Virus record (IMG/VR): IMGVR_UViG_3300033067_001461
Coordinates: 1-27,948 of that record
From: a virus
Taxonomy: Duplodnaviria; Caudoviricetes
Strand: one strand, 5' to 3'
Length of the DNA stretch: 27,948 nt
In this document: positions 7,355-15,077 of the stretch, piece by piece
Numbering within the stretch: position 1 is the stretch's first letter
Layout of the letters: each line of letters opens with the position of its first letter
Made by a program: the position numbers and the translations under genes
Notes under the pieces: model-generated
Told to the model about the DNA's origin: nothing
Seen by the model: only the letters and a program-made list of their open reading frames with translations
The model's database searches: none

Positions 7355-9973
7355 TTATGTCCCCGGTTTTACGATGGTGAGTCGTGCGTTCAAGATAATG
7401 GCGTCTCCAGAGGCAAAGGATAAACTAAACCCTGTCCCGCCCTGCTTAAATCCATTAGATCGATTAGTCGTTGCTGTAAGATATGTAGACGACGTCACAG
7501 CTACAGCTGGATAAATATACTGGCTGCCCAGCATAATCGTCCTACAGACATACGTAGCGTCACTAGCATCCACTATAGATGCTTCCCCAACGCACTGAGA
7601 CGGCGATATCCCGTTAACATCCTGTAGAACGCTGTCGACAAGCTGTCTTTTGTAATCCACAGGATATTCCGTTGGGAGAGATAGACAGTAACTCCCATCT
7701 ACAATGGTGCCCGAAAAGGTAACCACTGCTTGTACAAACATCACGTCATCAATGACTTTGTACTTCGCTTTAACCGTTGCAGCAGGGTCCGACATGACAA
7801 GCCCACTAGATATGTCGGCGATATAACAAGCGTATGGTGTCCAGTCCGTTATAAATGGAACCTTCGCTGGCTCAACTGCGGTAAAATTCTGCTTACTTTC
7901 AAACTCACCGTGGGAACGAGAAACGTCTACTGCTCCGATTTGAACGCTGACGGCTCGGCGCTCAACAATAAGCTTATGAAACCCCTCGCTTGCGACGGGG
8001 ATAACCGTATTGAAGAGGCTTACCCCAGCAGAGTTTTGAACTCCATCGATCGAGATAAACAAGCTCCCGCCGCCGGCGAGACCCTTGATCATGATGTCCT
8101 TGCCGTACCACTGGAAGTCCAACCGATGATTTGCCCCAGTTAAGTTCCAGAAAGAGGCCCAGCCATTTTGAAGTGTCGAGGCGCCAACTCTAACTGCGCC
8201 ACCGTTGAAATACAGTGAGTCAGCAGAATAGCGTTGGTACATCCCAGGAGCGGTTTGGAAAGAGCTCCCGGGGTTAACACTTGCGACAGCTTGCATTGTA
8301 TCAAACGTAGCAAGGTGACCGAACGTAACTCCTTGGCCTGGAGCGTAGTCGTAGAAGTTGATCTTATTCACACCAATCTGTGGACCATGGCTTGGCCCAA
8401 GGACGATGTTGAATTGGTGCCACATAGGTCCACCGTCAGTCAGAAGCGTATGCTTAATGTACTTAGGAGAGGTGGATTGGCCAATTACTGAGCTATGAAC
8501 AACGGTAGTAATCCCGTCAACGAGCAGGTGGTATTGAAGGATCTGGGCTGATGCACCAAAGCTAAAGCCTGAGTACCATTCAATGTCAGCAGCGGCACAA
8601 CGCCCCTGCGCCATTAAGTTACCGCCAGCTCCTACTTGATAGTTTAGTCCTGGATACAACGCCCAAGTCTTACCGTCATAAGTTCCAATCCCACCGGACA
8701 CACCGATGTATTGGCCGTACATTTGAGCGATACCTAAAACATAGCGGCTATATGGATCAGTCCAGAAAGAAAGGGTTGCCCCGGTTGTTGCACCTTGGAA
8801 GGCGGTAGCTCCAAAGCTGAAGGCTGGAGTTCCACTGTAGAGACTTGCTGAGATGGGGGCTGTGACAGAACTCCAGTAGTACGGGTAGATAGCTCCGCTG
8901 ACTCCAATATGAAGTGTAGGACCGACAGTGAACGTATCTGTGGAGATTGACTGAATAACACCTACGTAATGGCTGGTGCCGCTTAAAGCGATAATACCTT
9001 GGCCTTGGTGGAAGCTTGCCCCATGCCCGGTAGTAACCGTGAGTAGATTTGTCCCGCTAGATCCGGTAGCGACGCTAACGATAGGAGTATGTCCTACCGA
9101 AGTCACCACATAAGAACTCGCAGAGTCCTTATAAACTAAGGAACGCCCACCGAGACTTGCTCCAAACGTTGGTAGCGGCAAAGTCGCACCGACAGCGGTC
9201 GTCTGCTTGGTCTTATCGATGTAGCTCGTCCCTGGGAAACACTCGATGTTCGCTCCAGAGTTCTCGAAGTAGACAACTACGCCAGTGATGCGCAGCCCGA
9301 AGCTTTGCGATCCAGAGAGGCCGTTGCTCGTGAATCGATAGTCATGAATGTCGTTGGTTTCATTGGCAGCTGCATGAACGGTCCCAGAGTAAACCCGTCC
9401 TTGAGTGACGTAGTACGGGTTATCAGCGTTGTTCTGATTGACCGTTGCCCCTGAAATTCCATCAACAGCGATCAGTCCTGATTCAGTACCGCCAGTTGAA
9501 GTGTTGTTTGGCACAGTAAGCCACATCACTCGGCGGATCTTCCCAGTAACACCCATCCCACCGTTGATGTTCCTAAAGCCGACCTGAACATTGTACTGGC
9601 TGTTCATTGGGTCATAAACAGTAGAGCCAGGAACAGCTCGCTGACCACGCTCTAAGTAAGGAGCTCCAAAGACATACCCATCCACACCAGGGAAGGTCTC
9701 ATTGAACACTACTCTATAGGTGGGTTGACTATCCTGCCACTTAGACCGGTCCTCAATGAGGACAAGATCCTTGATCCAGAGAGTCTTTACACCGTACTTT
9801 GGCGCATCGTCATTCGCGTAATACCCACCGAGTGGATTGGTCGAAATAGTAGAACTCAGTCCAACGTTTGAATCAGCAGGAACGGAGATGTCCTGGAAAG
9901 CAGCCTTAACGAAATCGTTAGAGCTCTGACTGCCCGCACCTGATGGTTTAAATAACTGGAAGCCTTCGTTCAT
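7355..9973 (-). CDS. Large tail fibre / receptor-binding-like protein
   Basis: 872 aa, Gly/Ser/Thr-rich beta structure; C-terminal DWTPY..KYKVIDDVMFV..LSLP domain resembling tail fibre tips; GAGGT RBS. Confidence 0.65.
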   Translation of the reverse strand: MNEGFQLFKPSGAGSQSSNDFVKAAFQDISVPADSNVGLSSTISTNPLGGYYANDDAPKYGVKTLWIKDLVLIEDRSKWQDSQPTYRVVFNETFPGVDGYVFGAPYLERGQRAVPGSTVYDPMNSQYNVQVGFRNINGGMGVTGKIRRVMWLTVPNNTSTGGTESGLIAVDGISGATVNQNNADNPYYVTQGRVYSGTVHAAANETNDIHDYRFTSNGLSGSQSFGLRITGVVVYFENSGANIECFPGTSYIDKTKQTTAVGATLPLPTFGASLGGRSLVYKDSASSYVVTSVGHTPIVSVATGSSGTNLLTVTTGHGASFHQGQGIIALSGTSHYVGVIQSISTDTFTVGPTLHIGVSGAIYPYYWSSVTAPISASLYSGTPAFSFGATAFQGATTGATLSFWTDPYSRYVLGIAQMYGQYIGVSGGIGTYDGKTWALYPGLNYQVGAGGNLMAQGRCAAADIEWYSGFSFGASAQILQYHLLVDGITTVVHSSVIGQSTSPKYIKHTLLTDGGPMWHQFNIVLGPSHGPQIGVNKINFYDYAPGQGVTFGHLATFDTMQAVASVNPGSSFQTAPGMYQRYSADSLYFNGGAVRVGASTLQNGWASFWNLTGANHRLDFQWYGKDIMIKGLAGGGSLFISIDGVQNSAGVSLFNTVIPVASEGFHKLIVERRAVSVQIGAVDVSRSHGEFESKQNFTAVEPAKVPFITDWTPYACYIADISSGLVMSDPAATVKAKYKVIDDVMFVQAVVTFSGTIVDGSYCLSLPTEYPVDYKRQLVDSVLQDVNGISPSQCVGEASIVDASDATYVCRTIMLGSQYIYPAVAVTSSTYLTATTNRSNGFKQGGTGFSLSFASGDAIILNARLTIVKPGT

Positions 9974-9990
9974 GACCTACCTCGATGTTA

Positions 9991-10041
9991 GACATGACGG
10001 AGAGTCTAGCCGCGCCAACGGAACCCACTCCCCGTCATATC
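9991..10041 (-). promoter_or_regulatory. 15-bp stem-loop in the 5' leader of the tail fibre gene
   Basis: Minus strand GATATGACGGGGAGT / ACTCTCCGTCATGTC (two G-U pairs favour the minus strand), 21-nt loop; GATAAT -10-like hexamer just upstream; no U-tract. Confidence 0.6.
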
Positions 10042-10077
10042 CATTATCGCGAACCAATAAAGGTCCACAATTCTAAT

Positions 10078-10515
10078 TCAGGTGCTCACGCCGTAGTGGC
10101 TGACAATGTCCTGAAGCTTCTTCACGACAATGCTAACCGACACGTTCAAAGCAGCCGAGTTAGCTCCGGAGGTCACAAGCGAGAGGATATCCCCAGCTTG
10201 CATCTGAAGGAGCGTAGAACCGGCAGCGATCAAGGACATGCCCTGAACGCCAGAGGTTCCGATTGCGGACACTGCGAACGAGCTGTTCTGACCAACAATC
10301 GTGGTCAAGCCAGCGCCAGCAACGAACCGGACGATCCCCAGGTTATGGAGAGGCGTTCCGGACAAGCCAGCAGAAGCCGTCTGAGCGGCAACCAGTTCAC
10401 ATGGGAACGGAGCCATCCAGATAGCGTACGTGGACGATACAGCGGTTGCAGCGATGAGCTGCGTGTGGTCCAACTTCTTTTCTGAAACTTCTAGATCTCT
10501 TGCGGCAATAGCCAT
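10078..10515 (-). CDS. Putative capsid decoration / minor head protein
   Basis: 145-aa Ala/Ser/Gly-rich beta protein two genes after the major capsid gene. Confidence 0.45.
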   Translation of the reverse strand: MAIAARDLEVSEKKLDHTQLIAATAVSSTYAIWMAPFPCELVAAQTASAGLSGTPLHNLGIVRFVAGAGLTTIVGQNSSFAVSAIGTSGVQGMSLIAAGSTLLQMQAGDILSLVTSGANSAALNVSVSIVVKKLQDIVSHYGVST

Positions 10516-10517
10516 GA

Positions 10518-10979
10518 TTAGGCCCCCTTTAGTCTACGGTTATCGATTTTAGCAATGGTGCTAGTATTGATGTCATTGGTCGCTTTGGCAAAGTCTTTAC
10601 GCATGTCCGCAGCTCTCGCTCGGATGTCGTTCCTCTGTGCCCTTGCGTCCAACTCCTGTTGTCGAGCCTCTTGTTTTTCCAACTCCTCTAGAACACTCAC
10701 AGCTCGGTTGTGGTCATCGATCATCTGAAGCCTGCTATAGACAGGCTCCAAACCCCATTCCACAGGACGACCCTTGATGCTCCAGGTGTCAGTCAAACAA
10801 AAGATGAGGTGCGGGTTAGGACGAGAGTAACTGAGCACTCCAGATCCAAAAGAGTAAGACTCCCAGCGAACGCTATCCCGATAGACTTGAACCATTCCGT
10901 TCGAGCTACGCTTAGCGTAAAGCTTTGGGTCGTATTTCTTAATGAGTCTGTTAAGGCTCGTTACATGCTCGTCCATCAC
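10518..10979 (-). CDS. Hypothetical protein (head module)
   Basis: 153-aa ORF with GAGGAG RBS, immediately after the capsid gene. Confidence 0.6.
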   Translation of the reverse strand: MMDEHVTSLNRLIKKYDPKLYAKRSSNGMVQVYRDSVRWESYSFGSGVLSYSRPNPHLIFCLTDTWSIKGRPVEWGLEPVYSRLQMIDDHNRAVSVLEELEKQEARQQELDARAQRNDIRARAADMRKDFAKATNDINTSTIAKIDNRRLKGA

Positions 10980-10999
10980 CCGCTCCTCTATGATCTCAA

Positions 11000-12214
11000 C
11001 TAGGGAGCGATGTAGCCCTTGACGGCAACACTCGCGGGTGGCTTCTCATTGAACAGGTTGAAGAAGAAGCGCAGGAGAATCTCGTAAGAGTCTGCGCCCG
11101 TCTGCCTGATCATCGTGGAGCCGGTTTCATCCGCCCATTCAAGCTCAGCAAGCACGTACTTCATGATGTGCTTAGCTTCGAGCATGAAGATACGGGTAGG
11201 GCAGTCTTTGTCGACAACCCATGGCTTACCGTTCCATTCGAGGTAGCTCTTGGCTTTCTTAGCGAAACCGCCGTCGCCTTCAACAGTGTTGCTGAAGCGC
11301 TTATCGGCAGTCAGAAGCTTCTGGTAATACCGGCGAGACGTGAAATCCGAATACAAAGCATCCAGATTCGCACCGCCAAGCCGCATTGCCAGATCTTCAG
11401 CTTGCTGCAACAAGTCCAACGTCAACTGAACGCCAGCGGCGTCCACAACGTTGCCCTGGAAAGCGGGGTAAAGAGAACGGTCGATACCGAATACCGTGCT
11501 CGTTCCACCGTCAAGCTGAGTCAACAAACCCTGGACTTCATTGCCGCTAGAGTTAGCGCGAATCAGGATGTCGTTGGCAGAGGCCGTAACAGCAGCCGAC
11601 AAAGTCAGCGTAGCAGTCGAGCCAGACCGAACGAGGTTGGTGATCGTGACGCCAGAAGCTACAGGAAGACCGCTGACGCTGCCCAAGATGTCGATCACAG
11701 TGCCGACATCAAGGAACTTCCAACCGTCTTCAGTGGACTCACGTCCCTTGATGACAAGAACGGTGGAGGCAACAGCAGCCGTGTTAACCAAAGCCAAGTC
11801 GCCCGTGCCGTCCCATGAGAGCTGACGATTGATGTCAGACTTCATGTCGTTCATGCCTTGTTCCATTTCGAAAGCCATGATCGAAATGAACGCGCCCTTA
11901 TCTCCTTGAGATGCCTTGAGCATAGGCCCAGTCATCCCAGCGCGGAGATAGTTGAACTTGGCAGGGATCAAAGCCTGCTGCGTGGTCTGTTGACCGATCG
12001 AAGGCAAGGTGCCTCCGTCAGAGACAGCGCCGATGCCTTGGTTACGACGCACCTTTACAGGGCGGACAACCTGCAAGCCGTTGTACTTTTCTTTACCCTT
12101 TTCACATCCACGATAGATGTCGATCTCATCGTTGAACTGCGTGACGATGGGTCCTGCATAGAAATTCTTGAGGATCCCCGCCGCAGTAGAAATGCTGGCG
12201 AATTGGTTAGCCAT
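11000..12214 (-). CDS. Major capsid protein (HK97 fold)
   Basis: 404 aa after the scaffold; LKNFYAGPIVTQFN, INRQLSWDGTG, EVQGL, FGIDRS, WVVDKDCP motifs; GAGG RBS. Confidence 0.85.
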   Translation of the reverse strand: MANQFASISTAAGILKNFYAGPIVTQFNDEIDIYRGCEKGKEKYNGLQVVRPVKVRRNQGIGAVSDGGTLPSIGQQTTQQALIPAKFNYLRAGMTGPMLKASQGDKGAFISIMAFEMEQGMNDMKSDINRQLSWDGTGDLALVNTAAVASTVLVIKGRESTEDGWKFLDVGTVIDILGSVSGLPVASGVTITNLVRSGSTATLTLSAAVTASANDILIRANSSGNEVQGLLTQLDGGTSTVFGIDRSLYPAFQGNVVDAAGVQLTLDLLQQAEDLAMRLGGANLDALYSDFTSRRYYQKLLTADKRFSNTVEGDGGFAKKAKSYLEWNGKPWVVDKDCPTRIFMLEAKHIMKYVLAELEWADETGSTMIRQTGADSYEILLRFFFNLFNEKPPASVAVKGYIAP

Positions 12215-12248
12215 TGACTAAACCTCGTTTGTTAAAGTGTTAAACTGA

Positions 12249-13133
12249 TCATGAGCCAAACTCAGCCATAGCTGCGTCACGTGCTTCTCGGATCGTTCTG
12301 AATTCTTTCGGTCCCTGTGAGGGGGTGCCGCCGCCCGATGCCACGTCGCGTCCTTTAAGGCCTGCGTCTAACTGACTTTTCTGCAGTGTCCGGTAATGCC
12401 CTTCGTACCGCTGCGTATGCCGCTGGTGATCAGCTTGATAAAGCTTCTCCCAGAGATTCTCAGTGAACTTGAAGTTTGGATCTTCAGCTTTCTTGATTGC
12501 GTAAAGAGCTTCAGCTTTAGCGTAGATGCTTTCTTGATCAGCTAGTTTGTACTTGTCTGCGAATTTCGCATCCCAAGTGTCTAACTGACTTTCGATTGCT
12601 GAGATTTCCTTTTCGCGAACGTAGGCTTCGACCTTTTCAAACCTGTCGGCCACATCTGGATCAATCGGCAAATACTTTGGCTCTGAAGGATTCGTACTCT
12701 GCGTTTGTGCTGGTAGCCCAGTATTCTGAGACTCAGCCAAGATAGTGTCCACGTAAGAGTGGTACTCCTTGGGGTAGAGTTGTCGGAATTGAGCAGCCAG
12801 CTGTGGGTTCTTACGCACGCTCTCCAGATCCCAGTAGAGGGCTTTTTGATACTTGCCTTCGTCAGCTAGTTTCTGGGTTTTGCGTGTATAATCGTCTTGG
12901 CGGAGGACAGCCTTCTTGAGGTCTTCAGCTGTCCACTCCTTGCCTTGAAACTTGAATTTACCGAGCTTCTCGAGCTCAGCTACAGCATCAGCAATGGCTG
13001 CGTCTTTTGACGCGCCTTGTGATTGCTGGGGTTCACTTGAACCTTGGTCTGTGGAGGGCTGTTGTGCCTGCTCGGCGGCAGTAGCACTCTCCAGGGCGTT
13101 GGCGACTTCTGTCTGGTCTACATCAAAACTCAT
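12249..13133 (-). CDS. Capsid scaffolding protein
   Basis: Acidic disordered N-terminus, EDLKKAVLRQDDYTRKTQKLA motif, helical body, TIREARDAAM C-terminal helix; directly before the capsid gene. Confidence 0.8.
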   Translation of the reverse strand: MSFDVDQTEVANALESATAAEQAQQPSTDQGSSEPQQSQGASKDAAIADAVAELEKLGKFKFQGKEWTAEDLKKAVLRQDDYTRKTQKLADEGKYQKALYWDLESVRKNPQLAAQFRQLYPKEYHSYVDTILAESQNTGLPAQTQSTNPSEPKYLPIDPDVADRFEKVEAYVREKEISAIESQLDTWDAKFADKYKLADQESIYAKAEALYAIKKAEDPNFKFTENLWEKLYQADHQRHTQRYEGHYRTLQKSQLDAGLKGRDVASGGGTPSQGPKEFRTIREARDAAMAEFGS

Positions 13134-13153
13134 GTTTGGCGCTTTCTAGGTTG

Positions 13154-13468
13154 TTACTGCTTAGGTTGTTTCTTTGACGCGGCCTGCATTGCCGCAGCTC
13201 GGTCGAACAGTGACTTTGGGGGGCGGCCAGTCATGGCTTGTTCAGCCGCGATGTGGTCAGCCATGGGGAAATCAACGCCCTGCTCCTGCTCCGCAGCCTC
13301 GAGCTCAGGAGCTTCAGCGCTCTCGTCTTCACTCACCTCTGGAGCTTCGGGGGCAAGATCGGTCCCCTTAAGTGCGGAAGTCTCCAGCTCACCCTCTGGG
13401 GAGACGTCAATGGAGATAGTGAGACCCGAACGCTTCTTCTTGATCGCTTCAGCCATTGGATCGTGCAT
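13154..13468 (-). CDS. Small acidic hypothetical protein (head module)
   Basis: 104 aa, Glu-rich, AGGGGG RBS. Confidence 0.6.
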   Translation of the reverse strand: MHDPMAEAIKKKRSGLTISIDVSPEGELETSALKGTDLAPEAPEVSEDESAEAPELEAAEQEQGVDFPMADHIAAEQAMTGRPPKSLFDRAAAMQAASKKQPKQ

Positions 13469-13498
13469 TAAGAGCCCCCTAAGTTTGACGTAGGGTTA

Positions 13499-13527
13499 AT
13501 GATAGGGGGGATTGGGACAAAAGTTAA
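13499..13527 (-). promoter_or_regulatory. Putative sigma70-type promoter for the scaffold/capsid operon
   Basis: TTAACT-17 bp-TATCAT on the minus strand in the divergent intergenic gap; imperfect inverted repeat ttgatcggt..accgttcatcaa at 13541-13571 upstream. Confidence 0.4.
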
Positions 13528-13587
13528 GAAGAATTAACTATTGATCGGTTGCGCCAATGACCGTTCATCAATTACCCGTTCCCACGT

Positions 13588-13914
13588 ATGGCAATTGAAT
13601 TTAGAGTGGAGCGCGGGTGGTCATTCTTTGGGTACCAAGCCTGGATCTTGGATTATCGAGATGGGAAAACCCACATAGCCAAACCCATGGAGTTGGAGTT
13701 TGTCCCAATTGCTGAGCATGAGCGGTTACCTGAACCCACTCTGAAAATTAGCCATCAGCTAGCCATCGAATTTATTCCAAAGCTTAAAAAAGCACTCGCT
13801 GGGGTTACTTGGCCAAACGATAAAGAAGAATATGAAGTTCAGAAGCGTGTTGAAAGCGCAATGCAGGCGCACATCGATTCACTTAAGTTGGTCATTGATA
13901 GGACTGTGAAATGA
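13588..13914 (+). CDS. Hypothetical protein (opposite-strand island)
   Basis: 108-aa ORF, ATGA-coupled to the next gene. Confidence 0.65.
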   Translation: MAIEFRVERGWSFFGYQAWILDYRDGKTHIAKPMELEFVPIAEHERLPEPTLKISHQLAIEFIPKLKKALAGVTWPNDKEEYEVQKRVESAMQAHIDSLKLVIDRTVK

Positions 13915-14093
13915 GAGAGATGAGACTGATCGACTTTCTCTCAAAAAGCGGGATATCTGTGATTGTCCCCGTTGGTCTCGACCCAGCAAAGACCCTAAGT
14001 AAGATCTATGTCCGGATCCAGGACTATGACCAGGGTGGGACTGTTGAGAAGGGCTGCGATGAAGCATGGGAAAAAAACGGGGAGCGCAAGTGA
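13911..14093 (+). CDS. Hypothetical protein ending EAWEKNGERK
   Basis: 60-aa ORF coupled on both sides. Confidence 0.5.
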   Translation: MREMRLIDFLSKSGISVIVPVGLDPAKTLSKIYVRIQDYDQGGTVEKGCDEAWEKNGERK

Positions 14094-14299
14094 CCAACAG
14101 TAACAAACCTCAACAACATTTGGTTATTTTGACACCTGAAGAAGTAGCAGAGAGACTAAAAATCCCTTTAAGGGGATGTTACACGTTATTAAAAAAACGG
14201 GAACTTAAACACTTTCGAGTGGGAAAACTCATCCGAGTTCTTGAGACTGATCTAGTCCGCTATATAAACGATTCTCAGATTAAGTGTTGCGATGAGTGA
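14090..14299 (+). CDS. Excisionase-like winged HTH DNA-binding protein (HTH_17 type)
   Basis: LTPEEVAERLKI..CYTLLKKRELKHFRVGKLIRV..DL..YI is the canonical Xis-like pattern; GTG start overlaps the upstream TGA, GGAG RBS. Confidence 0.85.
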   Translation: MTNSNKPQQHLVILTPEEVAERLKIPLRGCYTLLKKRELKHFRVGKLIRVLETDLVRYINDSQIKCCDE

Positions 14300-14378
14300 C
14301 GTTTTGCCTGACTGCATGATGCCAGATGGAGCTGATCCTTGTGCCGAGGCGTGGGAAAAGAACGGAGAGCGCAAGTGA
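14292..14378 (+). CDS. 28-aa peptide MSDVLPDCMMPDGADPCAEAWEKNGERK
   Basis: Own translation; overlaps both neighbours; synonymous-only divergence from the repeat at 14061 supports coding. Confidence 0.5.
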   Translation: MSDVLPDCMMPDGADPCAEAWEKNGERK

Positions 14379-14497
14379 ATAAACTTAGCCATGAAGCAAA
14401 AGTTGGAGGATGGGTGATACTTATCCTCAGCGTGGGCCCATTTGTATTTCTGCTCTGGCTGCGTGTGATGTTGGGGTTTTGGAGGACTATACAGTGA
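14375..14497 (+). CDS. Small membrane protein (40 aa)
   Basis: GTG start overlapping TGA; hydrophobic WVILILSVGPFVFLLWLRVMLGFW. Confidence 0.45.
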   Translation: MNKLSHEAKVGGWVILILSVGPFVFLLWLRVMLGFWRTIQ

Positions 14498-14540
14498 CCA
14501 ATAGTGCGGGGCGCAAGCTCGACACGTCCCAGGACCTGGG

Positions 14541-14786
14541 ATGAGCAATATTGTGCGTCCACCCAAAGAGAGGTCGAGCTATTCAAAGTATTCCGCTCAT
14601 ACAAATGAGGCCGTGAATCTTGACTTGGTTTTGACAGTCACAAAAGCACGTGAAGCCTACTATCCAGATAATGAGGGCATCCCCGTCATCCGATTTTGGT
14701 TTGGAGATAAAAATTATCACCAATGGTATTTTGATCGCGGAGAAGAGTCGCAGATCGACAATTGGCTGCGGCTACTTGATGGGTGA
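14541..14786 (+). CDS. Hypothetical protein
   Basis: 81-aa ORF in the coupled island. Confidence 0.55.
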   Translation: MSNIVRPPKERSSYSKYSAHTNEAVNLDLVLTVTKAREAYYPDNEGIPVIRFWFGDKNYHQWYFDRGEESQIDNWLRLLDG

Positions 14787-14874
14787 CAACGTCATCATGG
14801 GCGGAGTAGATGCTCCTACAGCTCCACTCGCGATCTGTCTCGCTGCGCTTAAGGCAGTTGGAGTTGAAGTATGA
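14779..14874 (+). pseudogene. Short ORF or remnant carrying the C-terminal TAPLAICLAALKAVGV motif of phage ABA-sandwich (BC1872-like) proteins
   Basis: Motif recognised from memory; only ~31 aa from the ATG at 14779; the rest of the domain appears absent. Confidence 0.4.
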
Positions 14875-15068
14875 CCGTCAGAGAATTAAGAGAAGAGCTT
14901 CTAAGATTCGATCAAAGTAGACCAGTTTGGGTCGCCACTGGCTGCGAGGCTTGGGCATGGGGCGAACTGCAAAGCCTTTTCGTAAACAAACTGAACGGGT
15001 TTGTAGTGCTTACCGACCTTACGGTTGAGAGCGCTAATTTTAGAATTAAAAACGGTCAAGCCAAGTGA
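14871..15068 (+). CDS. Hypothetical phage protein (MTVRELREEL..FD...PV type)
   Basis: Common small phage protein N-terminus; GGAG RBS; ATGA overlap. Confidence 0.6.
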   Translation: MTVRELREELLRFDQSRPVWVATGCEAWAWGELQSLFVNKLNGFVVLTDLTVESANFRIKNGQAK

Positions 15069-15077
15069 CTCAACGCC

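Larger units (their letters stand above)
14061..14378 (+). repeat. 33-bp imperfect direct repeat (14061-14093 and 14346-14378) encoding EAWEKNGERK-stop
   Basis: gaagcatgggaaaaaaacggggagcgcaagtga vs gaggcgtgggaaaagaacggagagcgcaagtga; 4 mismatches, all at third codon positions. Confidence 0.85.

Noticed and set aside
7355-9973. Diversity-generating retroelement target in the fibre gene
   Set aside because: No template/variable repeat pair or reverse transcriptase seen in the window
9985-10485. 166-aa plus-strand ORF
   Set aside because: Antisense to the 10078-10515 gene and the leader hairpin; His/Arg-rich composition typical of shadow frames
11168-11818. 216-aa plus-strand ORF
   Set aside because: Antisense shadow of the major capsid gene with no recognisable motif
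14061-14378. CRISPR array or att-site duplication
   Set aside because: Only two copies, coding, with mismatches at codon third positions; no cas or integrase gene in the window
14252-14604. Two minus-strand ORFs (104 and 109 aa) in the island
   Set aside because: The plus strand has a coupled chain of ORFs supported by the synonymous repeat pattern
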